64,000 nucleotides of DNA, taken from contig NC_043003.1 of the NCBI RefSeq assembly GCF_006345805.1, positions 60,946,001 to 61,010,000 on the forward strand. The letters are read 5' to 3'. Positions 1 through 11,882 of this stretch are shown one piece after another; positions within the stretch are counted from its first letter, which is position 1; each line of letters starts with the position of its first letter. This stretch comes from Octopus sinensis. Taxonomy: Eukaryota. The notes under the pieces are model-generated. The model was given only the letters and a program-made list of their open reading frames with translations, ran no database searches and was not told the DNA's origin. A program made the translations under genes and the position numbers.

Positions 1-970
1 TTCAAACTGAAATCTTTTATATTCTAATTTGTACATGTGCAATTGTAAACTTCCAAATATGTCTATACTGCAGTTTTAAACCCCCGGAAGAACCACTAAA
101 CTAAACTCTCTACTAGTAACATTCTTTTCGAAATGAGACGATTGAGCGCAGCTGTTTAGACACTGACGATTTGGTATGGCTGATTGGACAGTTAGTCTAT
201 TTTCACAACAGTATCTTTTGGTACAGGAAGCAATCATGCGTGCCTGCGCAAAACTATATAGACATAAAGAGTGAGTGAGAAAGAGAGAGAGAGACAGAGA
301 GCGTGAGAGAGAGAGAGAGGGGACGGGAGAAAGATACAATTTATTCATTGAGCACAGTTCACATAAAAGCGTTCCTTCTCCTTACATACAAAGGAAAATA
401 TTTTCACACATAGACAGGAGAGAGGGAGAGAGAGAACGATAAAAAACATTAAGGCTAAATAATTCAACATCGAATCAGCGACACCAAATGGGCGCCGCCA
501 AAATGACAGCCACAATCTCTCGTACCCTATTCTTTCTTAGTAGACGAAATTAGGCGACAAATGTTCGACCCATCTTACTACCCAAGCCATATGTATATAT
601 CGTAATTGTTACTGCTATCAAATTCAGTAGCGGAAGTTACATAACGTCAGGACCTGGATTTCACATTGTAAAATATCCTTTTCTACTCTAGGCACAATGC
701 CCGATATTTTGTGGGAGGGGGTCAGTCGATTAGATCGACCCCAGTACGTAAGTGGTACTTAATTTAAAAAGGCGGCGAGCTGGCAGAAACGTTAGCACGC
801 CGGGCGAAATGCGTAGCCGTATTTCGTCTGCCGGACATGTGTTCGTGAAGTAAGAATTGCTGTTTCGTGGTGTTAATATTGTTAACAACTGTTGTTTCTT
901 GTTAAACTGTTGAATAACTTAACTGTTGGAGTTTTCAATTGAAAACACTTAGTGCTTGCGGTAGCACGCG

Positions 971-2256
971 TTGTTCATTCCCCCTTTGGGGGGAAGAATG
1001 TCGTCTAGCATGGAGCCTACCGTTGGAGCAGAAATACTTGTTTCTCCTGTTGAGAGGAGGAAATACATGTCCGGCGAGGAGCCAACTACAGACAAGGAAA
1101 TAGGGGTTTCCCCCGCTACAAGAAGGAATAGCAGAGAGGATAATATATTTGATATTTTTGGAGATGTGTCTGAGAGCTCGTCAGAACTTTCACCAGAAGA
1201 GTTTCCGACTTTGCCAGAGAACAAAGGCATTGTGTCGAAGAGAATAATTGATGTGCCTAGCATCCAGATAGAACCAAAAAATGGAAAAAAAAGTTTTGCG
1301 TTGGCTGCTGGGGGTGGAACCCAGATACTGTCGACGAATAAAAGCGAATTATGAAATACAGCAAAATGATGGAAATAAATGACAACAGTGTGAAAATTGA
1401 ACCTCCGCAAAAGTTATTACAGGAAGAAAAGCAAAAAACAATAATTTTCAAAACATATTGTCTACAAAATAGAAAAATTGAAAGAATGTCAGAAGAGAAA
1501 ATAGAAAAGTGCTTAAAGCCAATATTGAGCGACGTAGTATTTCTGAGAAGAGGAAAAAAATTCGGAACGGTGGAAATAAGGTTCACCAATAAAGAAATAG
1601 CACACAAGAACTCAGTGGAAACGTTGAAAACGAACGACGTGGAGTTAATACCCTATTATATGGGGATGAGGACGTCGCGAATAAAAATTACAAGGGTCCC
1701 GCCAGAGGTCGAACCTATGTGGTTGTTGGCGGCAGTCCTAATCAAAGAGGTAGAAAAAATTACTCTCCTCCAGGCTACCGCTACGGAAAACCCACGCTGG
1801 GATGGTAAAACAATTAATCTTCTCATTCAAGCGGACCCTAAAATAATTCAAACAATTCCTGAGACAATTGAGGTAGGGGAGAAGAACCTCGTGGTGTTTG
1901 TTGAGGGCCGAAAACCTCGATGTTTTTTATGTGGTCAATTAGGCCACATTCGAAGGAACTGCAAGGAAAATGAAGAAGAGGAGGAAGAGGAGAAAAAAGA
2001 CAAAGAGGAAGAAGATAAAGAAGAAACAGATGAGAAAAAAACAACAAACAAAAGAAAAATACAACCAGCAACCCAGCCGAGAGCGGCGACTACTACAGAA
2101 CAACGACCAAAAAAGACTGCCAGAAGAGAAAAAGAAGAAAAAGGCATAATAGCCGTATACACTAAAGATACTGAGCTCATGAGAGACATTCAACTCATAA
2201 AGACTGTAAAAAAATTGATAACCTTTCAAGGAATTTATCAATTACGACATATATGA
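971..2256 (+). pseudogene. Tx1 ORF1 (gag-like nucleic-acid-binding protein), frameshifted near 1350
   Basis: ORFs 971-1354 and 1351-2256; VFVEGRKPRCFLCGQLGHIRRNC is a CX2CX4HX4C zinc knuckle followed by an acidic/basic low-complexity tail. Confidence 0.85.
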
Positions 2257-2523
2257 AGTCTCAAATAAGACTTATAGAATTCTACAAAATAAGTACAGAA
2301 AGACTGTATCTTCATTGAGATTAGATTTTAACAAGTCGATATTTCATGGATTACCAGCTCCGATCCCGCGAGAAAAGGAAAAGGTGAGATTCCCCCTCCA
2401 CCTGATAATTCTGTGTCGGTGGTGAGACGGGATTTTGACAAATCTATTTCCCAAGACCGCCCACCTCCGACCCTGGATAAAAAAAAGGTGGAGGGTCCCC
2501 CTCCACCGGACAATCCTAATTAA

Positions 2524-5424
2524 ACAGGTAAGTGATGGCTACCTGTTATAAGTGATCCATATAGGTTGGAGCACCCGAACACTCCACAGTGGACGTGGTC
2601 AAATAGTGACGGGTCTACCAGAACATATCTAGATAGGATTTTAATTAGAGAAAAAAAGATAAGTCCATAGTTGAGTGTCCACAGTTTTTTCTAGTCAGCT
2701 ACAGTGACCACAAGATGGTTACCTGTAAACTGACGGTAGATAAGTTGCATAGACAGGGATCTGGCTACTGGAAACTCAATACGTCCCTTTTGGCGATTGA
2801 GGAGTACAGAAAGCGGATCAAGATGTTAATACAGAGGGCATTAACAGGTACCATCATTAATAACAAATGGTGGTACGCCCTAAAAAGAGCCATCAAATAT
2901 GAGTCTATTAGGTTTAGCATAAGTTTAGCTAAGAAGGGACGTAAAATAGGAGATGGTCTAGTTAAGGAACTAGAAGAAGCCTGGAGGACTGGTAATACAG
3001 ACCAAGCGAGGGTGAAAAGACTGGAGTTAAACCAGCATCTTGAAGCCCACCACATGGGAAGTATTACCAGAGCTAAGTTACGTGCAATGGGAAGTGAAGG
3101 AATCAAAGCCGCTGGATGGGCCCGAGTGGTGGAAGCTCGGCAAGGAAATAGTTCCTCTATTCGGTCTTTGACGAATCAAAATGGTGTCTTGGTAAACTAA
3201 CCCGAGAAAATGTGTGAGGTCTTTCAGGAGTACTTCGCCCAGATGTTCGGGGGTGACGGCTGTCCTGGTGGTGGGAGAGCCCTCGAGGACATTCTTGCCG
3301 GGCTGCCGTGCCTCTCGGGGTCGGATGCGGAGTCTTGCGAAGGGCCAATCACACGTGAGGAGGTGATGGAGGCTTTGGCCGATTGTAAAGCGGGTAAGTC
3401 ACCAGGACTTGATGGTCTTCCGTACGAGCTGTATAAATGTATGCCAGACTTGTTCGGGCAACTACTGACTGACGTGTACGCGAACTGGAAACAGAATGGG
3501 CCTATCCCCAGATCTGTGCGCCAGGGAGTAGTGACGTTGGTCAGAAAGGACCGGACAAGGGGGACGTTCTAGAGAATTTCAGGCGCATCACTCTGTTAAA
3601 CGCAGAAGTGAAGATTTTGGCCATGGTTCTAGCAAAAAGGTTGGCGCGTTTCGCGAATGGTATAGTCGGGGAGGCACAGACATGTGCCATCCCAGGCAGA
3701 ACCATTCAGGATACCCTCTATCTTATTCGCTATACCATAGCGAGGGTTGGTAATAAATCTGGCAAAGGTGAGGCATTGGTGCATTTGGACCAGTCTAAAG
3801 CTTTTGATAGGGTTGACCATCGATACCTAGCGACTGTACTTGCGCGGTTTGGCCTGGGTCTTGGCTTCCTCAGGTGGTTTATCGCTTTGTACCACAACAT
3901 TGACTCGATAGTTCGGGTGAACGGTTTCCTTTCGAAGCCGTTCTGCATCAGACGCTCGGTTCGTCAAGGATGTCCGCTTTCACCACTTTTGTATGTGATG
4001 GCTCTCGAGCCATTACTGCAAAGGTTGAGTGGCATCCCGAGAGAACCAGGACTAGAGGAGTTTGTTACGGCTTTCGCGGATGATATCACTATCAGTGTAA
4101 CCACAGTGGTACGCCTACGTGAAGTAGGTAAGACTATTGAGGCTTACGAGGAGGTAGCAGGAGCAAAGATTAACCGGGAAAAGTCGGTCGGCTTGCAGCT
4201 CGGCACCTGGGTTGGCAAGTCGATGCCTTCAGACAGTGTTGTTAGGCGCTGGACGGAGGGACCGGTTAAGTTGCTGGGAGTCTGGTTTGGACCAGGCCTC
4301 CAGATAGAGAAGAACTGGACGGAGGTATTGAGCAGGGTGGCTGCAGTAGTCAAGACTTGGTCTTGGCGGTGGCTATCCTGAAAGGGAGGGCGGAAGTGGC
4401 CAATGTGTTTATCGCATCGGTCATTACCTACCGCCTGACTGTCGTGCCCTGTCCGGATTCGTGGTTGATCAGGTTGGAGAGACAGCTCTTTCGCTTTTTG
4501 TGGAAGGGCAGGTCGCCACTTGTGAAAACGCTCTGTCTGCTGTCAAAAGCCTTTAAATGGAGGTTTAGGGATGCCTTGGTTAATGATGCGCAGACATGCG
4601 TTGAGGTTGAGGCACCTCTGGATTCTCCTGGATAGTGAACGGGTGTGGTCTCCGCTGGCCAGACAAATGTTCCCTGAGTTCAAGAGTTTTTGCGAACAGG
4701 AAGCCTGGTGTTCTCGTAGACCGAGGTCGAGTGAGTGGCATAAAGAGTGCCGTAAGGCCCTCTTGCTGTTCCGGCGCTCGGGCAACGCCAGCGGTGGGGG
4801 TTCCACACGGATTTTATATAGTGGGTTGGTAGAGTCTGAATGCGACGATGGCCTGGGGTCGACTCTAGGTCTCGGATTTATTCAACTGGACAGCTTGTTT
4901 CATCGTACATTCGGGTTGAGAACGTTGGACAACTTCCAAAAGTCCTTAACCTGGCAATGCTACAGAGGTGCCTTGCCCGTTTGGGATAAGCTCGCAAGAC
5001 ATGGTAAACGTCAGTCGCCGACCTGTCCAAGATGCGGTGGGGACAGGGAAACCGTCCCTCACGCTATTGTTCAGTGTCCGGAGATAACTGAAATGTGGGC
5101 TTATGCTGAACATCTGTTGTCCGGCGAAGGAAGAGTACGGCTGTCGACTGAGTCAATTATAAAAATTGACCCACCGGAGTTCTAACGAACGAAGGTAAGA
5201 ATTGTTTTCTCACGGTTGTAGCAATAGCAAAAGAGGCTGTATGGAATACTAGGATAAAAGGAATTAAGACAGGCAATTTTATCTCTGGTGACAATTTACG
5301 ATCCTTTTTTTCTTTTCATTTGAAAAGGAAACTGTGGCTGGAGAAGAGGTGTCTGTCAGAGTGTACGTTCCAAAAGAGATGGAAGTATGTTGCACGAGTG
5401 TTGTGCGTGCAAGGAACCGTGTGA
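2524..5424 (+). pseudogene. Tx1 ORF2 (endonuclease/reverse transcriptase), inactivated
   Basis: Only the C-terminal APE motifs remain (WTWSNSDGSTRTYLDRILI, YSDHKMV). RT motifs GKSPGLDGLP, LDQSKAFDRV, VRQGCPLSP, FADD; CPRC..ETVPHAIVQC. In-frame stops near 3198, 3570 and 4379, plus frameshifts. Confidence 0.9.
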
Positions 5425-5994
5425 ATAGACGAGGAAAAAAAAAAAAAAGGAAAAATAAAAAGGTATCAGCGGTAGATCGGGGCTTGTGGGATCGGAGCGT
5501 AACTTGATCATCGCTTCATTTGTATTGTTTTTGTACTGTGTATTCCATTCGATTTTTATGTATTGTATTTTATTTTGATGTCACATTTATGTAAAATCAT
5601 ATCGATTCACTGATCCCATCAGTTGTACTGTCCATATCTATGTTTGGCCCCCGGTGGGCAATAAAGAAATTCGTATTTCGTCTGTCGTTACGTTGTGAGT
5701 TCAAATTCCGCCGAGGTCGACTTTGCCTTTCATCCTTTCGGGGTCGATAAATTAAGTACCAGTTACGCACTGGGGTCGATGTAATCGACTTAATACCTAT
5801 GTCTGTCTTTGTTTGTCCCCCTCTGTGTTTAGCCCCTTGTGGGTAATAAAGAAATAGGTACTTAATTTACCGAGCCCAAAAGGATGAAATGCAAAGTCGA
5901 CCTCGGCGAAATTTGAACTCAGAACAAGGAGAGAGATGAAATACCGCTAAGCATTTCGCCCGGCGTGCTAACGTTTCTGCCAGCTCGGAGCCTT

Positions 5995-6586
5995 CACATT
6001 GTAAAATATTATTTTCTACTCTAGGCACAAGGCCCGAAATTTTGGGGAAGGGCGTCAGTCGATTAGATCGACCCAGTACGTAGCTGGTAATTCATCGAAC
6101 GCGAAAGGAGGTAAGGCAAAGTCAACCACGGCGGAATTTGAACTCAGAACGAAAAGACAGACGAAATTCCTATTTCTTTACTACCCAGAAGGGGCTAAAC
6201 ACAGAGGGGACAAACAAGGACAGACAAACGGATTAAGTCGATTATATCGACCTCAGTACGTAACTGGTACTTATTTAATCGCCCCCGAAAGAATGAAAAG
6301 CAAAGTCGACCTCGGCAGAATTTGAACTCAGAACGTAGCGGCAGGCGAAATACTTATTTCTTTACTACCCACAAGGGGCTAAACACAGAAAGGACAAACA
6401 AGGACAGACAAACGGATTAAGTCGATTATATCAACTCCAGTGCGTAACTGGTACTTATTTAATCGACCCCGAAAGGATGAAAGGCAAAGTCGACCTCGGC
6501 GGCATTTGAACTCACAACGTAACGACAGACGAAATATGGCCACGCATTTCAGCCGGCGTGCCAACGTTTCTGCCAGCTCGCCGTCT
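5995..6586 (-). mobile_element. Family A SINE tandem array (about 184-bp units)
   Basis: Repeated body+tail units joined at ...AAGAAATA|GG(T/A)ATTTCG.CTG (6170/6171, 6354/6355), one head at the right end. Confidence 0.85.
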
Positions 6587-6827
6587 TCACATTGTTAAAT
6601 TTTGCATTATGAATTATTATCCCTTGCACAGAACATTTTTTAAAAAAATATAACAATTTATAAAAGAAAGAAATAATAGTTGCAATACTAAATAGTAAAC
6701 TAATGCACAAAAATAAACACATCTCAACGCAGGAAGAACTTAAATGTTAAGCGTACACAAACATAACAGGATAGAACGATATCTGAGATAGAATGGAATC
6801 CAGTGAACCGGAAAGTACATTTCTTAC

Positions 6828-6914
6828 CTGGCTGCACAATATAAGAATCTTCACTGCTAGCCGGGGAGTGCAAAGGGGAAATCCGTCCAAATGGTGCGTC
6901 TAACTTATCTCGGG
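6828..6914 (-). CDS. RIM/Piccolo/Fife-family protein, post-C2A exon (most 3' exon found)
   Basis: Long polypyrimidine tract, ttgcag|...|GTAAGA; 87 nt, phase 1-1, (A)RDKLDAPFGRISPLHSPASSEDSYIVQP(G). Phase matches the previous exon. Confidence 0.8.
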
Positions 6915-7248
6915 CTGCAAGAATAAAAGAACAAAACAGAAAATGCATATTGTATACTCAACTACCCGAAAGATCGTAGAGTGCGAAACCAGTAGTGATC
7001 AAAATAATAATGTGTGTGCTTGTGTACCTGTGTGTGTGTGTATGTGCCTGTGCGTGTGCATTCGTACATATGCATATGTCTGTCTGTCTGTCTGTCTGTC
7101 TGTATGTATGTATGTATGTATGTATGTGTATGAATATATATATATATTACACATTCGAAGTATACGGAATTTGTAAACTTATGTGATACTGTACTACACA
7201 CTGAGTTTTCAATTATAATAATCTGTCATATATATATATATATGTATG

Positions 7249-7279
<31 letters not shown>

Positions 7280-9062
7280 GTATATATGTATATATTTATA
7301 TTTATATATATATATGTATATATTTATATATATATATATGTGTGTTTGTGTGTGTGTGTGTGCGTACTGACCATTAGATATTAGAGATTATTTTATCACT
7401 CATTAAGTGTTCTCGCAAGGGAACGGATACTCTGCTCAATAATTCAGTGTGGTTTGATAAATTAATGTGCAACGTTTGACTAGACACCATAAGGAAAATA
7501 CTCCTCTGCACTTTGTCATATTTTGATTTTTGTTTACAAACAACAATTCTAATACAAATATACTTGAGAGACTATAAGAATTAGGTGCTGATCATGAGAC
7601 CGAATCCAGAAGACCGAACGTTAGAAAACCGAATTCAGATGGCCTGAAATTCAGAATAGTGAAATCTGGAAAAACAAAATACCAAGGATACGGAATTTTG
7701 AGCAGACCTAAAACGAAAGGTATTTCAGTCATTAGCAATCCTGGGTTTTTTTTTATTATTATTTCTAGGCATAATTTATTGGAAGATATATTTTTTGATG
7801 TGTCCTTTATATTTAAGATACTAGGGCTTGATCAAAGTACAATTTGGTTGATATTTCTTGCAGTTCCAGTAACAACGTAGGCTGATTATCGTGTAAGATA
7901 CAATGTAGAATCCGGACGCATTGCATTCCTTCGGTGTGTTGATGGCTACTAATTTAAATATATTTGTAACACTGTTTTATTTGTTGTTCAGGCTCTTAGT
8001 ATTTATTATACCGTTTGAAACCAGTACTTTATCAGTACTTTAAATTATCGTTTTCATTCTGAAGACTATAATTTTATAGTCGTCATTCTGAACCATTGAA
8101 TTTGTGGGCGTATTTTATACAGCCAATTCACATTCAAAAAGGGACAGGAAGAGAAAGGAAGAATTTAGACTCCCAACGACTAGCTTCATTTTCTGAAACA
8201 TCCTTAGTTCGTTACATAAGCCAAGAGTTATATATTTGCAGGGAAATTGTATAAGCAAATACTTCGATCCTAGATCGTACAAATTCCTAATCCTTTCATT
8301 GATCACGGAGTAACAAAACATAAATTTAACATGGGTCGAATTGAACACAAAACATTGAGAGTTGAACTAAGTACAGACAGTAATTCTTTTAAGCCTCAAA
8401 CAGGCCCTGTCCTTGTTTTTCAATTATACAAAATCAATGGCTACACATTTTGAAAGAGGAAAGGGTCTGTTTAACTTTGTAGCACAAACTTTACCGATAC
8501 TGACTGCAGGAGATTAAAAATATAATCATCAGTCAAGTACTATAATAAATGTAATCGCGTGTGCCCACCACCAAAATATATAGCGTGTGTCAATGTTAGA
8601 TATTAATAGCAAGATTTGAAGCCAAAAACACTACTTAGCTTTATCTTTCAATGTTTTATTCTCAAATTTCACCAAAGTCAAGTTTATCTTTTGTTACGTT
8701 GGGATTGATTAATTGACTACTCTTTCGTGTAGACACTGGTTATTGTAATTATCCGTAACTGTTTTCCACAATTATAAAGCTGTGTGCTAATGTAATAAAC
8801 CAATACTTTAAATAATTGACAAAAAGAAGCTAATCATTTGAGAATCTAAACTGTTTTTAAGTCTGAGCCGATATTGTACGTTCACAAATTTAATTATTCA
8901 TATTTAATTATTCGAAAGTAGGTGGATAAAATCAACGCTCTTTTTATGATATACATTATTTTTAGTTAAACAATAATAATTATTACAGAGATGTACTCGC
9001 ATAGCAAGTGACCTGATCTGAGATCACGTGCTGAAACAAAAATAATTGCAGTATGGAAAGTG

Positions 9063-9255
9063 TTTAAAAACGCAAAAACTGTTAGATTCACTTCAAAATT
9101 TAAATATAATTCGTCAAAATGTCTTCGTTGCTCTGACACCGCGACGTCACGGAATTTTGTCAGTGAACAGGTCGCGGTCTCAAAACAGCAAAAATATTTT
9201 GACAATTTAAATTTAAATGTTGAAGTGAATCAAACGGTTTTTGTGTGTTTTTAAA
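9063..9255. mobile_element. Palindromic MITE-like fold-back
   Basis: Imperfect inverted arms (tttaaaaac..gattcacttcaa..atttaaat..gtcaaaat..accgcgac versus their reverse complements) around a short spacer. Confidence 0.65.
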
Positions 9256-9306
9256 TGGCTAATACACCTTCAAATATTAATTATTTTAACTAAAAACCAT
9301 TCTTAC

Positions 9307-9667
9307 CAGGAGATTTTTTGGTATGTGTAAGCAAATGTTTCCGTTTTTCATAATTTGGCATGCCCGAAACGCTTCTTTGACTAAAAGAATGAGCAGGACT
9401 CCTGTTTATTGGACTTGGAGACCCACGACACGGGGTCCCGGCACGTGATGTTTCTGTCGATGCTGAACTCATTGGTGAGTTGTCAGGAAAGAATTGCTGG
9501 CGTTCTGGCAGAGGAGAACTGTTCTCATCATGATCTTCTAGATCATACCAAATTAGCTGATTGTCCATAGGGGCATCGTACAAGTCCATCAGAACTTCTC
9601 CTATGAAATCATCGTCAGCCGATTTGTTAAATGACCACAAAGTAATTTCAAGCGTCAAGGACTTGAA
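9307..9667 (-). CDS. RIM/Piccolo/Fife-family protein, C2A exon 3 plus Ser/Pro-rich linker
   Basis: aatttcag|...|GTAAGA; 361 nt, phase 0-1, FKSLTLEITLWSFNKSADDDFIGEVLMDLYDAPMDNQLIWYDLEDHDENSSPLP...; similar to RIM MLEITLWD...FLGEILIEL...WYKL..HDVSSLPLP. Confidence 0.92.
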
Positions 9668-10279
9668 CTGAAATTAAACAAATCAAAGTAGTGTGGTTAG
9701 TAACGATTATATATATATATATATAATGGTAAGCATATTCCACCAAATAGACAGTTTATTAGGATTATTCCTACCTTAGAATAAAACAATCAGAAGCAGA
9801 AATGAAGAGATCTATAGATAGCCGTTTGTTTACGTAAAATACATGAATTCTTAAGAAAACAAAGCAGCAATACTATACAGATACGACGAGAAAAGGGGAA
9901 AAAATATTATCAACAAATTTTTGGAAGTTGAATTTTAATATTGCAAGAAGCTTCCTTTATGCTATCATAAATGCCCCATCGTCATACATTCAGTATATTA
10001 ATATTAGAAACAATACGAATTGTTAAGAACAGTTAATTGATCAAATAAATAAATACATATTCTGTAATGACAATAATACTAAGTATACAATAATGCAGAA
10101 TGTTTGTATCATCAAGCTAGAAATCGTAGTTCTGAAGAGAAATGATTGTTTATATTATTTACATTCGACGGATATTTGTCCTCATCTTGTTTGTTGTTAA
10201 CACAACACTTCAGGTGTCTTGGGGAAATATAGAAATAATCGTTTCTTGATTGATACATAGGGTCAGTAATATTGGTTTT

Positions 10280-11882
10280 AAATTTTGGCACAAGGCCAGC
10301 AATTTCGGGCGGGGTAAATCAATTACACCGTCCTCAGTGTTCAACTGGTACTTATTCTATCGACCTGGTGTGATGAAAGGCAAAGTCGACCCCGTTGACA
10401 GTTGATCGCAGAACGTCGGAAGAAATGTCATTAAATACTTTTTCTGAGGCGATCACGATTTTTGAAATTCCGTTCGGCAATGTGTTCGACGCTCTGATGA
10501 GTCTACCATGGTCGTATTATTAATGACAATAGTTTTAATAATAATAATGATATTAATGGTTGCCGCTTTGGGCAACAAGGTCAACGATTTTGAATAGAGG
10601 CAAGAGGCTAGTCGATACCATCAACCCCCGTCCTTGGATGGCAATATAATTTATATAGACCTCGAAAGAAGAAATGGCAAAATTGAACTCAAAACGTAAA
10701 AAAACTGGAAGAAATACATTAAAGCATTGAACCCGGCGCACCAAGTACACTAATGATTCTGCCAGCTCGCCGCCTTAACAGTAGCAACAACAACAACAAC
10801 AACAACAGTAGTAGTAGTAGTAGTAGTAATTCTTTGAAATTTGTCCCAAGGCCTGTAACCTTTGGAAAGGAGATTATCGATTGAACCCCAGTGTTCAACG
10901 GTTATTTATTTTATCGAACCCGAAATAATGGAAAACAAAGTCAACCTCAGCAGCATTTGAACTCAGAACGTAAATCACCGAAAGAAATGCTGCTTAATAT
11001 TTTCTCGGGTGCAGTAGCTGTTCTGTCTGCTCACCGATATAATAATCTTTTCAATTCTAGGCACAAGACCCGAAAGACGGGGCCAGTCGATTACATCGAC
11101 CACAGTACGCAACTGGTACTTAATTTATCAAACCTGAAAGGATGAAAGGCAATATCGACCTCGGCGGAATTTGAACTCAAAACGTAGCGGCAGACGAAAT
11201 ACCTATTTCTTTACTACCCACAAGGGGCTAAACACAGAGAGGACAAACAAGGACAGACAAACGGATTAAGTCGATTATATCGACCCCAGTGCGTAACTGG
11301 TACTTATTTAATCGACCCCGAAAGGATGAAAGGCAAAGTCGACCACGGCGGAATTTGAACTCAGAACGTAACGGCAGACGAAATACCACAAAGCATTTCG
11401 CCCAGCGTGCTAACGTTTCTGCCAGCTGGCCACATTTCACCGCTCTAATAATGATAATAATAATTCTTTTTTATTATAGGCAGATAACCTGAAATTTTAG
11501 GAGAGGTGGTTATCGATTACATCGACCTCCAGTACTTAACTGGTACTTATTTTCATCGACCCCGAAAGGATGAAAGGCAAAGTCGACCTCTGCGGAATTT
11601 GAACTTAGAATGTGAAGATGGATGAAATACCGCTCAGCAGTTTGTCCGGCTAACGATTTTGTCAGCTGAATGGTTTTAAGTTTTGGCTCAATGCCAGCAA
11701 CGTCGAGGGAGGATCAAGACGTTTACATTGATTCCAGTGAACAACTGGTACTTATTTCATAGACCCCGAAATGATGAAAGACAAAGTCGGCCTCGACAGA
11801 ATTTGAACTCAGAACGTAAAGATGAACGAAATGACGCTAAGCATTTTGCTCGGCTTGCTAACGATTCTGCCAGTTCACCGCC
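10280..11882 (-). mobile_element. Cluster of family A SINE copies and fragments
   Basis: At least five minus-strand copies of GTCGACTTTGCCTTTCATCCTTTCGGGGTCGAT with B-box; tandem junction at 11203/11204; interspersed (AAC)/(TAG)/(AAT) repeats. Confidence 0.85.

Larger units (their letters stand above)
831..5671 (+). mobile_element. Tx1/L1-clade non-LTR retrotransposon, near full length, disrupted
   Basis: ORF1 with CCHC knuckle, ORF2 with APE remnant, RT and C-terminal Cys motif, T-rich 3'UTR ending AATAAAGAAAT. Target-site duplication CGTATTTCGTCTG at 818-830 and 5672-5684. Confidence 0.92.
767..5856 (+). mobile_element. tRNA-derived SINE, family A (AAGGCGGCGAGCTGGCAG head; probably Octopus OK-type), split by the Tx1 LINE
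   Basis: Head 767-830, body and tail 5672-5856 with B-box GAGTTCAAATTCC. Own TSD GGTACTTAATTTA at 754-766 and 5857-5869. Confidence 0.88.
657..5993 (-). mobile_element. Family A SINE, outer host copy split by the nested SINE+LINE
   Basis: Minus-strand tail and body at 657-766 continue seamlessly at 5857-5993 across the duplicated GGTACTTAATTTA. Confidence 0.75.

Noticed and set aside
76-348. 90-aa minus-strand ORF as the next exon of the host gene
   Set aside because: It starts in a (GA)n repeat. The plausible acceptor (ttttgcgcag) read in the required phase 1 hits a stop after about 12 codons.
949-4806. Minus-strand ORFs overlapping the Tx1 element
   Set aside because: Antisense shadows of LINE ORF1 and ORF2 with no recognisable motifs.
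5995-6586. Regularly spaced 184-bp repeats as a CRISPR-like array
   Set aside because: The units are whole SINE bodies with no unique spacers, the context is eukaryotic, and there are no cas genes.
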